54,521 bases of DNA from Xenococcaceae cyanobacterium MO_188.B19 (GTDB taxonomy: Bacteria > Cyanobacteriota > Cyanobacteriia > Cyanobacteriales > Xenococcaceae): the NCBI GenBank assembly GCA_030065715.1, contig JASJDF010000002.1, positions 1 through 54,521 of the forward strand. Direction: 5' to 3'. Shown in pieces: positions 24,079 through 32,484 of the stretch; position 1 is the first letter of the stretch; each line of letters starts with the position of its first letter. The translations under genes were made by a program, and so were the position numbers. The notes under the pieces were generated by a model that was given only the letters and a program-made list of their open reading frames with translations, did not search any database and was not told the DNA's origin.

Positions 24079-24450
24079 CTAAAGTGTTTTTTCCAAAGTT
24101 TTTTGTTGAGTTTTAGCAATGCCAGGATTTCTAGCTACAGCTTCTTCTATTTGTCCTTTTTTAAAGACTAGATTGGCGTATTTATCCACATCCCTGCCCA
24201 TAGCTTTCAGTCTCTTAGCTACAGGACTTTGTTTGATGGTCTTGATAATTTCCGATTTAGGAACCCCTTGTGCGATCGCTTTTTGAGCTTGCTTGACATC
24301 ATTTTTAGTTGAACTAATTTCAATTTTGGCTTTGGGTTTAATCCCCGATGCTATGGTTTCTACAACAGTCGAAGTAATTGATACTGATTTAACTACTACA
24401 TCTTCAACTTTATTTAGTAAGCTTTGAGTTGCTTGATCGTATTCAGACAT
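24079..24450 (-). CDS. hypothetical small protein with a weaker copy of the same helical module
   Basis: 123-aa ORF. AQKAIAQGVPKSEIIKTIKQSPVAKRL resembles the A.NAL..G...E.V..M.K core. Lies 15 nt downstream of the coupling-protein gene. Confidence 0.5.
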   Translation of the reverse strand: MSEYDQATQSLLNKVEDVVVKSVSITSTVVETIASGIKPKAKIEISSTKNDVKQAQKAIAQGVPKSEIIKTIKQSPVAKRLKAMGRDVDKYANLVFKKGQIEEAVARNPGIAKTQQKTLEKTL

Positions 24451-24465
24451 ATTGCTATTTCTCCT

Positions 24466-26169
24466 TTACGCATAAGTTGCTGCGTAAGCTTCCTGTTCTT
24501 GTTCACTTGGCAGCATTACTTCTGCCATTATTTGACGATTCATTCTTTCTACTTCTAGAGTTGTGTCTTTCAACAAATTTTCAAACTGCTGTCTCAGGAT
24601 AGGAAGCATTTTTTTATCCCATGCCATTTCACATCTTTTCCATAAGCGATCATTCCTTTTGTTAATCCAGACTTTCAATTTACGAGGACGATACTTATAA
24701 CTAGGACTTAAAATTACACATTCTCCTTGTCCCATTCGATTTATTTTGTCTCCTGTGATTAAGGGGGTTTTTTGTAAATGCTCCGTAGTATTTTTGGAGC
24801 TATTTTTTCCTGTTGAACGAGATTGAGTTTTATACCAAACATCTTTTTCTCCCAATGACTGAGCAAATTTATTGGCGGTTTCTGGATGACCTGTATTGAA
24901 GACTACTTTAGTTCCACAACTTGATAACATGGCATCTGCATCATCTCTAGTGTATTTTTTGACTACTTGAGAATTAGATTGATACCCCAATGCCATAAAC
25001 ATTCCATATTCCGCATTTCGATTAATCCACGATTCTGCATCTGGCAGCTTAATTGAGGTAAATTCATCTAGGAACAGTCCCAGTGTCCGTTCTCTTTTGA
25101 CTTTGGCATTGAGGTTTCGCATCATTAGCATATGTATCGCCATTGCTACTAATGGTGCGGTGGCAGCTTGATTTTCCTCGTCTATTTGGAAGAATACTAT
25201 TTGTTTTCCTGTTAGGTCTAGTGGAATGGTACTTTTTAACAGACAGGGCATGATGGACTTATCTACCAAATTCTGAAAATGAGTTACCGCACTTCCGACG
25301 ATCCCTGCTGATGTTGGTGCTGAACCACTGACTGACCTCAATCCTACTGCTGCTTCTCCTGTCCAAGAACTTATATCTACATCATTAAATTGACCATTCC
25401 TTTGCGCTCTGTCTAATCTAATGGCTAAATCTGGTAAGGTTAAAAACTTCCATGCCGATACTAAATCTGGAAATGGTGACTCTTTGCCTAACATAAATAC
25501 TGTCTTTAACAGTGCAATTCCTTGGGGTGAGAAGAAACTATCTTTTCTAGCTCCTGGTTCGCCAAAATTCTGTTCTAGTACTCTCGCCATTTCATAAGCT
25601 GCCTTAGCATCGTCCGCATCTTTCATGAAGTCGAGAAAATTTAGCCCATCACTGTAATCGAATCCTGGTGCATAAACATAACAATCGTAACCCTGAGATA
25701 GTGCATAGGCTGCGTGTTTTCTCATCAAGTTTCCTTTGACATCAAACACCAGCATCGTCCACTCTTGTTCTATACCTGACTTAATAGCTGGGTCAATGAA
25801 GGAGCGAGTCTTTCCTGCGCGAGATCTTCCTACTATAGATATGGCTGGCTGTAAATCACTTAAGACTAATCCTCTCTCTAATTCTAGAGCTACTTTATTG
25901 GGTTTCTGTTGCCTTATTTGTTTTCTACCTCGCTTAGTTCCTGCCCTTATTTCTCCCCCAGTCGCCCATCTGACATCACTTAGTTTTTTTCTATTACCTT
26001 GACTCAACAAGGACAACATTGCTAGTAGTACCATTAGCCCAAAATACCCCATAAACATGGGATTGGCTAATGGCTCTATAACTGGGGCAAATATTTCTTC
26101 TAATCCTACCTGCTGCTGACTTGAAGAGGCTTTAATATCTGTCATGATATGCCCCCATTCCTCCGCCAC
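24466..26169 (-). CDS. virD4: type IV coupling protein (VirD4/TraG/TraD family)
   Basis: 567-aa ORF. N-terminal TM (FMGYFGLMVLLAMLSLL), Walker A VGRSRAGKTRS, Walker B LGLFLDEFTS. The track start is a GTG. An ATG at 26145 preceded by GGAGGA is the more likely start. Confidence 0.85.
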   Translation of the reverse strand: MAEEWGHIMTDIKASSSQQQVGLEEIFAPVIEPLANPMFMGYFGLMVLLAMLSLLSQGNRKKLSDVRWATGGEIRAGTKRGRKQIRQQKPNKVALELERGLVLSDLQPAISIVGRSRAGKTRSFIDPAIKSGIEQEWTMLVFDVKGNLMRKHAAYALSQGYDCYVYAPGFDYSDGLNFLDFMKDADDAKAAYEMARVLEQNFGEPGARKDSFFSPQGIALLKTVFMLGKESPFPDLVSAWKFLTLPDLAIRLDRAQRNGQFNDVDISSWTGEAAVGLRSVSGSAPTSAGIVGSAVTHFQNLVDKSIMPCLLKSTIPLDLTGKQIVFFQIDEENQAATAPLVAMAIHMLMMRNLNAKVKRERTLGLFLDEFTSIKLPDAESWINRNAEYGMFMALGYQSNSQVVKKYTRDDADAMLSSCGTKVVFNTGHPETANKFAQSLGEKDVWYKTQSRSTGKNSSKNTTEHLQKTPLITGDKINRMGQGECVILSPSYKYRPRKLKVWINKRNDRLWKRCEMAWDKKMLPILRQQFENLLKDTTLEVERMNRQIMAEVMLPSEQEQEAYAATYA

Positions 26170-26551
26170 TGCCTAGCAATATGCCAAAGAAGCCCAGGAA
26201 ATATACCAAAGCCACAAACATATAAATCCACAACGTTAGACATACAGCACAACCAAGAACATTATAAAAAGCCTGAAAATAATTATTTCTTCGACTATAT
26301 ATATAGTTGTTTTTAGATATCTTGCCCAACAACAATGTCACAAATGAAGCGATTGGTATGGCAAATATCCATAGACAACCTAACTTCAACAAAAATCCCC
26401 ATACGATCATATAGACGACCGATACCTCAAAAGCTGATATCTCGTCACAATCCACCAACTCCATGCGGTCGTCCATTATTTTTAATCCGAACCACAGTAT
26501 TACAAAAAACCAAAATCCTAAAAATATATAAATCCAGGTATTTATATTCAT
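26132..26551 (-). CDS. hypothetical polytopic membrane protein of the transfer operon
   Basis: 139-aa ORF with 4 predicted TM segments. Overlaps the coupling-protein gene start. Confidence 0.5.
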   Translation of the reverse strand: MNINTWIYIFLGFWFFVILWFGLKIMDDRMELVDCDEISAFEVSVVYMIVWGFLLKLGCLWIFAIPIASFVTLLLGKISKNNYIYSRRNNYFQAFYNVLGCAVCLTLWIYMFVALVYFLGFFGILLGSGGGMGAYHDRY

Positions 26552-26554
26552 GAC

Positions 26555-27040
26555 TTAATCAATTGACCTAACATTTTCAGGTATAGAAAAACCAAGCTGT
26601 TTTAATGCCCAAATCCTTTCTTCACGCCACTGTGAATTTACTTGGGCAACTTCATTGATAAAATTCTGATAAGCTTCTTTGGTAGTATTTTTCAACTCTT
26701 TTTGATACATTCCCAGATTCAGTTGACGGGCAATTTGACGATCGCCCAAAGCTCTGTAAAAAGAAATATCGCTTCCCATGTGATTAAACCACTCTTCTTT
26801 ACACGCGCCGCCATTGAGAGGACGAGAAATTATCAGAGGTGCAGGATAGGGGAAATTCGGTTGATACATATAAATCAAAAAATATTCCTTTTGCTCATTT
26901 TCTGTTTGACTGATAAATTTGCTGATTTCATAGTTTCCCCAATTAGGATAACAAGCTTCTAAACCAGGTATTTTCTGATCAGAATTACCTTGAGCCAAAA
27001 GTATTGAACCTGCTAATAAAATCGTTTTTATTATTTGCAT
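26555..27040 (-). CDS. hypothetical secreted protein of the transfer operon
   Basis: 161-aa ORF with a signal peptide (MQIIKTILLAGSILLAQG). Ends 3 nt before the next gene. Confidence 0.5.
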   Translation of the reverse strand: MQIIKTILLAGSILLAQGNSDQKIPGLEACYPNWGNYEISKFISQTENEQKEYFLIYMYQPNFPYPAPLIISRPLNGGACKEEWFNHMGSDISFYRALGDRQIARQLNLGMYQKELKNTTKEAYQNFINEVAQVNSQWREERIWALKQLGFSIPENVRSID

Positions 27041-27065
27041 AATAATTAATTATTTTGTAATTTAC

Positions 27066-29360
27066 TTAGGAAAAATCAATTACGGATTGTGGATCGATCG
27101 CCTTTCCAGGTATAGTCCAACCTCTTCCCCGATACACATAAACCCCAAAATCAAGATGAGGACCCGTTCCATTACCTGTTGCTCCAGAAAGTGCAATTAT
27201 TTGACCTTGGCTGACACTTTGACCATTTCTTACATTTATTTGATTTAGATGGGAATAGCGGGTTTTAACTCCATTTCCATGATCTACTACTATGGTGTAT
27301 CCATATCCTGAAACCCATCCTGAATATATTACTACTCCACCGTCTGATGCCCTTATTGAAGTATTTGGTGGAGTCGCCAAATCGACAGCAGGATGATAAG
27401 CACTACAGCCGTCACAAGGAGGTGGTCGCCAACCAAAACCACTTGATAATCTATAGCCTGGTGCGGGATTAATTAAAGTTCCGCTAGCGATCCCATCTCC
27501 TTCTTCTGTTGTGGGCTGACACCCTTCAGTCCTACAACTACGATAATCCCGATTTTCCGACCTAACTTGATTCCTAATTTCATAGACAATATCGGGAGCA
27601 GAAGCACGGGAAAATACTAACATTAGACCTCCTTCTTGCACTTTCCAGGGTGTGGGAAAGGAGAAGGCATGGGGAGTACAATGTTCTCCCATGAATGGCG
27701 GATAAACACATATTTGAAAATCCAACCAGATTCTGGCTGTTGCTGGTTCTCCATTTCCTCCTTCATCAATATCTTCTAGAGACAGTTTAACGTGAGCGTC
27801 CGTCGTCCATACTGGAACTCCCGTCCTTTCTTTACCTCCGTTTACCCAACGTAAGAATCCTTTACCTCCTGGCACGGATTGAGATGACCCTTGTATCCAA
27901 GCTTTTCCTTGTACATTTCCTATTCCTCCAATCCCACTCAACACATCTACTATCTCAAAATGTTTACAGCTTTCTTCCACACAAGACTCTGGCAAAAATA
28001 CTTGATTTTTCGTACCTCCTGTCACTACTCGTATAACTGGTGTTTCTACCTCTCCAGCAAAAGGTATATCCAATCTGCCAAAGATATCTCCAGTCAATAG
28101 AATCATCGCCGTATCTGCTACCAACATCGTGCCTGGAGTTTGAGACAGATGACCAAGCTGTGAGAGATACTTGTTGGCTATTTTTGGCACATGAGCGATC
28201 GCTACATCCGCTAATGCGTCAAGATCTCCGACCAATAGACTCTCTATGGGTAATGCTCCTAATGGGGTATCTGCCAATGCTGGCACAGCTTTGATTAGTT
28301 CTTTGGCTAATATTTCTGTCCCTTTTTCTAGAGCATAATCTTGAGCTTGTTGTACTACCGAATCCCAATCTCCATTGATTACACCATTGGCTATGGGGAA
28401 TAATTTATCTGCTGGCAAGCCTTCCAATTCTGGATATTTTTCTAAGAGTTTTTGTATTTGTTCTTGGGATTTTTCTTCTAAGACCCCCGACCAATTCCCA
28501 TTGGCTAATTGTTCTATGGGAATTCCTTCAAATGCTGGATTATCCGCTAATTCCTTGACTAACTTTTCTTGGGCTATGGTTAAAGCTCTCTCTTTAATCG
28601 CTTGTTCTCCATTCCCATTTAATATGTCCGCTATGGGTACATTCTGTAAAACTGGATACCTCTTAACTAATTCTTCTAATCCTCGTTTTTGATAGTTTTC
28701 AACGATGCCGTCCCAATCTCCATTGAGTATTTGACCCACTGGTACTTCACTCAATCTGGGATCTATATCTGCTAGTTTCTCCTGAGCTATTTGTTCGATA
28801 TATTCAGAACTATTGCTAGTTTCTCCTCCATTGATTACGGTTTCGAGTAATATTGGCACATTTGATATTGACTCGTTTTCAAGTTCGGGAAACAACTCGA
28901 AGTATTCTCTCACTGTCATGGAGTTAATGATTCCGATACTTTTAAGGGGAACTTGTTCGATATCTGCCCCTCCATTAGCTGCAATTTCCCTGAGTGTTAA
29001 GTTATCCAGGTCAATTAATTTCTCCAAAGTTGGATTATTCTCAAGATCTCCTACTTTGATAATCTCATCTGGTGTAGCTCCTTGTTGCCATACTCGCTGA
29101 GTATTGTAACGAGTATCAAACTCTTCTCGCTCAAAAGTTATACCTCCTGCTTCTGTTGCCCCTTCCAATTCTTTTAGACTGGGAGATAATTCTCCACTGG
29201 GATCGTAATAAAGCCCTGGTACTGTTCCTAATGATGGCTCTGTTTCTTCTCTTTGTTGTCTCTCTTGGTTTTGGGCTATTACTGTGTCACTTCCCATAAG
29301 CAGTAATAAAAATGTCAACAATAATTTAGGAACAGTTTTTGAAAATCCTGAATACTGCAT
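27066..29360 (-). CDS. secreted M23 (LytM-type) peptidoglycan endopeptidase with an N-terminal repeat domain
   Basis: 764-aa ORF with a signal peptide. C-terminal HPAVDLA...GYTIVVDHGNGVKTRYSHL...GATGNGTGPHLDFGVY (HxxxD and HxH M23 motifs). About 6 degenerate ~38-aa repeats with an (V/I)P(I/V)..(L/I)LNGDWD core, encoded at about 28160-28790. Confidence 0.85.
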   Translation of the reverse strand: MQYSGFSKTVPKLLLTFLLLLMGSDTVIAQNQERQQREETEPSLGTVPGLYYDPSGELSPSLKELEGATEAGGITFEREEFDTRYNTQRVWQQGATPDEIIKVGDLENNPTLEKLIDLDNLTLREIAANGGADIEQVPLKSIGIINSMTVREYFELFPELENESISNVPILLETVINGGETSNSSEYIEQIAQEKLADIDPRLSEVPVGQILNGDWDGIVENYQKRGLEELVKRYPVLQNVPIADILNGNGEQAIKERALTIAQEKLVKELADNPAFEGIPIEQLANGNWSGVLEEKSQEQIQKLLEKYPELEGLPADKLFPIANGVINGDWDSVVQQAQDYALEKGTEILAKELIKAVPALADTPLGALPIESLLVGDLDALADVAIAHVPKIANKYLSQLGHLSQTPGTMLVADTAMILLTGDIFGRLDIPFAGEVETPVIRVVTGGTKNQVFLPESCVEESCKHFEIVDVLSGIGGIGNVQGKAWIQGSSQSVPGGKGFLRWVNGGKERTGVPVWTTDAHVKLSLEDIDEGGNGEPATARIWLDFQICVYPPFMGEHCTPHAFSFPTPWKVQEGGLMLVFSRASAPDIVYEIRNQVRSENRDYRSCRTEGCQPTTEEGDGIASGTLINPAPGYRLSSGFGWRPPPCDGCSAYHPAVDLATPPNTSIRASDGGVVIYSGWVSGYGYTIVVDHGNGVKTRYSHLNQINVRNGQSVSQGQIIALSGATGNGTGPHLDFGVYVYRGRGWTIPGKAIDPQSVIDFS

Positions 29361-29362
29361 GG

Positions 29363-29857
29363 TTATCTTGAAAATAGAGGTTGTACAGTATTTTCAATCT
29401 CGACCTTAGTGTATTGAGGATTCTTATTTACAGGCTTGAATTTAAAGCGATACATCCCCGAAGCCGTATCTACATATAGGAAAGAATAATTTCCCGATAC
29501 AGCTTGCTCGTCTTTAAAATTAATCTTGGGAATCTTGCGAACGAATAGAATAGTTGGGGGAGAACCACTACATCTACTATCTCCAGAACATAAAGTTCCA
29601 TCCATCCCTCGATAGACAATATTACTTCTGTGGGAAATAGTCACCGATGAAATCTGTGTGCCAAAATCAATGGCTAATCCAAAGGGCGTTACGTCTAGTT
29701 CTACTACTCTTTCTTGAGCATTTAATTGGTCGATTCTAATTATATCACTAGCGATCTCGGCAAAGCCGAGGCTCTGCGAGATCGCTGTCTGGCAATCAAT
29801 TGTTAATGGTGCTAATGATGTCAATGCTAATGGTACTAATAGATTTAATGGTTTCAT
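29363..29857 (-). CDS. VirB9/TrbG-like secreted T4SS component (tentative)
   Basis: 164-aa ORF with a signal peptide. VVELDVTPFGLAIDFGTQISSVTISHRSNIVY...ILFVRKIP...SFLYVDTASGMYRFKFKP fits the beta-rich pattern of VirB9 N-terminal domains. Ends 2 nt before the M23 gene. Confidence 0.4.
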   Translation of the reverse strand: MKPLNLLVPLALTSLAPLTIDCQTAISQSLGFAEIASDIIRIDQLNAQERVVELDVTPFGLAIDFGTQISSVTISHRSNIVYRGMDGTLCSGDSRCSGSPPTILFVRKIPKINFKDEQAVSGNYSFLYVDTASGMYRFKFKPVNKNPQYTKVEIENTVQPLFSR

Positions 29858-29882
29858 GATCTTCGCTTATTTATTGTTAAGT

Positions 29883-29930
29883 AACTAGCAACTAGCTAGT
29901 CTCTAGTTGCTAGTTACTAGTCGCTAGTTG
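29883..29930. repeat. heptamer (CTAGTTG-type) STRR-like array forming a 13-bp-arm inverted repeat
   Basis: AACTAGC x2 (29883-29896), then CTAGTTG/CTAGTTA/CTAGTCG/CTAGTTG (29903-29930). Arms 29883-29895 and 29903-29915 are perfect reverse complements. The array supplies the last codons and stop of the VirB10-like gene. Confidence 0.8.
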
Positions 29931-31618
29931 CTCAAATAAAAGTCATCATTTACGAGTACGCGAACTGTCCGATCTCCTTTAAATTGGAAATAAGATAAAG
30001 AGGATGAGCGATTACTATTTCTTCTAGTTCTGTCTCTGACCAAATCCCCTACTCCTTTAGCCACTCCCGATAACCCTGAAGACAGAGGATCATTATTATT
30101 GCTGGTACTAAAAGAGAAACCATCGTTTACTAAGAGACTGCTACTACCACTGTCTAAAGCTCTTTCGACCCCTGGTGCTATTACTGACCCTAAATCTGAG
30201 AGAAAATCCGAGTTCCCTTTTCGCTTTAACTTGGCTTGTAATGGAGAACCATCTTTAGCCAAAATCTCTAAGGTACCATTCGGCACAGGAATCTTCGGCT
30301 CATCGAAGCTTTTGACAATATGGGTTACTTTCATGGTGAATAACCCCGAACTAGAGACTCGTTCGATTTGGGCAATTAGGCGAGTACCAGAGGGTAAAAC
30401 TTCTATGCCCCTGGAATTTTCAAATCCTGACTCTAGATACAAGATATATTTACGGTCTTGGTTGAAACTTTCTTGCGTCCACGCTATTCCTTCTACTAAA
30501 GTCGCTTTAGCAAATGATCCTATATCTAAAACTTTGGTGGAATTGCTCCTAGAATGAGTTTGTTCTGACTCAGTTCGTTTTTTTCTTTTAATTCTTCTAG
30601 CACTTCTGGCTTGGGGAATCAAAACTTCTGAGTTTTCTGTTGATGAACCATTTTCTCCTATCTGTTTTTGAAACTCAAAGGCTTGTGTTAAGAGTGAATC
30701 ATTCCCTCTAGCCAAAATTTCCCCTCCCCTGTTCAATCTGGCTCTTAACTGGTCATCATTAAACAAGGATTGTTGTTTTCTAATTGATGTTAAACGAGAC
30801 TCATTTAACAGTGGTGTTTTCGGTATCCGTCTTATTTCTCTTGTATTAGCAGCTATTGTTGTTTCTGCTGTTGAAGGTTCTACTGTTGAGAGTGGTGGTA
30901 AATGTCTCTCACTCCTGATTAGAGTAGTGGGTGGTGGTGGTATGGGAATAGACGAAGCTACTAATGTTTCTGAATTTGGCTTATTAAAGGATGTTCTGGA
31001 ATAGCCCCTATCTGCTTGTGCCAACCATTCTGTCATTGGGTCGATTTCTGGGATTATTTCCTTTTGTACCACTGGCACTACAGGAGTTCTCCTTACTGCT
31101 TGTCTTCGAGGTGCGGGGCGAGGAGGTTGTGTTACTCTTGCCACTCTTACTGGTGCTGGTTGGGGCGATTGTTGGGATTCCGTTTCTTTTTTAGCTGGAG
31201 CGGATTCTACTGGTTCAATTAATTGAATATCCTTCTGTTGATGAGCCATACTTCTTTGAATATTCATTTCCTCAAGCTGCTGTCTTGCCTCTTCTAATGA
31301 AGCTAGAAGTTGTTCATTTTCTTGAGAATAGGGATTTTCTTCTTGTTTTTCTGCTGCTTGAGGAGAAGTGCTAAATGCCGACCATACTAACCAGATTAGA
31401 GGACATCCTATTAATATGATTGATCCCATTTTTACTGATGGCTTTTTATAGTATGGTACTGATGATAAAGTAAAGTCTTGTACTATTTTCTGTTGTAATA
31501 GCCTCTCATCTGATTTTTTCAAATCTGATGAGTCCTCATTTGACTTCATACCTTCTTCTCCATCAAATAAAACTTCATTAGCTTCTTGTAATGATATTTC
31601 TTGATTTGTTAAAACCAT
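29924..31618 (-). CDS. VirB10/TrbI-like T4SS component (tentative)
   Basis: 564-aa ORF. One TM (MGSIILIGCPLIWLVWSAF), a coiled coil, a Pro/Arg-rich tract (QSPQPAPVRVARVTQPPRPAPRRQAVRRTPVVPVV) and a beta-rich C-terminal domain. This is the classic VirB10 architecture. Confidence 0.5.
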   Translation of the reverse strand: MVLTNQEISLQEANEVLFDGEEGMKSNEDSSDLKKSDERLLQQKIVQDFTLSSVPYYKKPSVKMGSIILIGCPLIWLVWSAFSTSPQAAEKQEENPYSQENEQLLASLEEARQQLEEMNIQRSMAHQQKDIQLIEPVESAPAKKETESQQSPQPAPVRVARVTQPPRPAPRRQAVRRTPVVPVVQKEIIPEIDPMTEWLAQADRGYSRTSFNKPNSETLVASSIPIPPPPTTLIRSERHLPPLSTVEPSTAETTIAANTREIRRIPKTPLLNESRLTSIRKQQSLFNDDQLRARLNRGGEILARGNDSLLTQAFEFQKQIGENGSSTENSEVLIPQARSARRIKRKKRTESEQTHSRSNSTKVLDIGSFAKATLVEGIAWTQESFNQDRKYILYLESGFENSRGIEVLPSGTRLIAQIERVSSSGLFTMKVTHIVKSFDEPKIPVPNGTLEILAKDGSPLQAKLKRKGNSDFLSDLGSVIAPGVERALDSGSSSLLVNDGFSFSTSNNNDPLSSGLSGVAKGVGDLVRDRTRRNSNRSSSLSYFQFKGDRTVRVLVNDDFYLSN

Positions 31619-31640
31619 TTTTATACCTCCTTTTTTTTAG

Positions 31641-31668
31641 CTAGTTGCTAGTTGCTAGTCGCTAGTTG
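31641..31668. repeat. heptamer tandem repeat (CTAGTTG x2, CTAGTCG, CTAGTTG)
   Basis: Four tandem heptamers between the VirB8-like stop (31675) and the VirB10-like start (31618). Shares the 18-mer CTAGTCGCTAGTTGCTCA with 29917-29934. Two more copies lie at 14978-14991. Confidence 0.8.
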
Positions 31669-31674
31669 CTCACT

Positions 31675-32454
31675 TCAAAATTCTGTAATTTGAATAACCT
31701 GTAATCCTTGTTTTTGCATCTGATTGAGTAATTCTCCCAAACTTAAATCGCTGGTTTTATCTCCCCATAAATATTTTTCATCACTAGGTTTAATCGCCCT
31801 TAAGCGAATTACACGATTGAATACTTCATGGGCAATAATTGATTTATCTTGAGCATGGGTTCTTATTGCCACTATTTTTACGTCCCATAGCCCTGGTATT
31901 ACTGCTCCTGATTCATCTTGAACTGCTGTTACTATAGGCTGATAGTAAATATCTATACGGGATTGATATTGATTAGCTATATATTTTGCCAAGGTAAATT
32001 GGTCGCGATATTTTTCATAAGTACTCTTCATATATGCCTCCCGTATTCCTGGCTTGATTGCCAATGAAGCTAGATGAAATTCTATCGGATAATTTACTCC
32101 TTTTTCTGTTACATAATTCTTTTCTTTTGATGATGTTTTTTGCCAAGTAAATGCTATTCTTAACCAAGTTTCACCAAAGTCTTTTAATACTTTTTCTTCT
32201 CGATGCAGAGGATTTACTGGTTTAGCTTTGACCATTTCTGCATCTTGTTTTTGTACATATATATAAGGTTTATTTTGAATGGCTTTATCTAGTTTTCGAG
32301 AATTATTACAACTATTTACCAATAGTAATAAAATCATCCCCCACATTAGTAAAGGTACATAACGTAATGGATTCGGTTTGTCTAGAGGGTTATAACCTTT
32401 AACCTGGGACTTTGAGCCATTATTTGGGTTTTTAACTTCTTCTATGTACATCAC
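31675..32454 (-). CDS. VirB8/TrbF-like bitopic T4SS component (tentative)
   Basis: 259-aa ORF. Short cytoplasmic N-terminus, one TM (LLMWGMILLLLV) and a ~200-aa periplasmic domain. Positioned between the VirB6-like and VirB10-like genes. Confidence 0.4.
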   Translation of the reverse strand: MMYIEEVKNPNNGSKSQVKGYNPLDKPNPLRYVPLLMWGMILLLLVNSCNNSRKLDKAIQNKPYIYVQKQDAEMVKAKPVNPLHREEKVLKDFGETWLRIAFTWQKTSSKEKNYVTEKGVNYPIEFHLASLAIKPGIREAYMKSTYEKYRDQFTLAKYIANQYQSRIDIYYQPIVTAVQDESGAVIPGLWDVKIVAIRTHAQDKSIIAHEVFNRVIRLRAIKPSDEKYLWGDKTSDLSLGELLNQMQKQGLQVIQITEF

Positions 32455-32484
32455 TATTAAAAGTTATACTTTTGACTTATAAAA

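Noticed and set aside
29883-29930. Possibility that the short tandem repeats (29883-29930, 31641-31668, 14978-14991, 15002-15056) are a CRISPR array.
   Set aside because: The units are 7 bp with no spacers, and no cas genes are present. They fit STRR-type heptamer repeats, not CRISPR.
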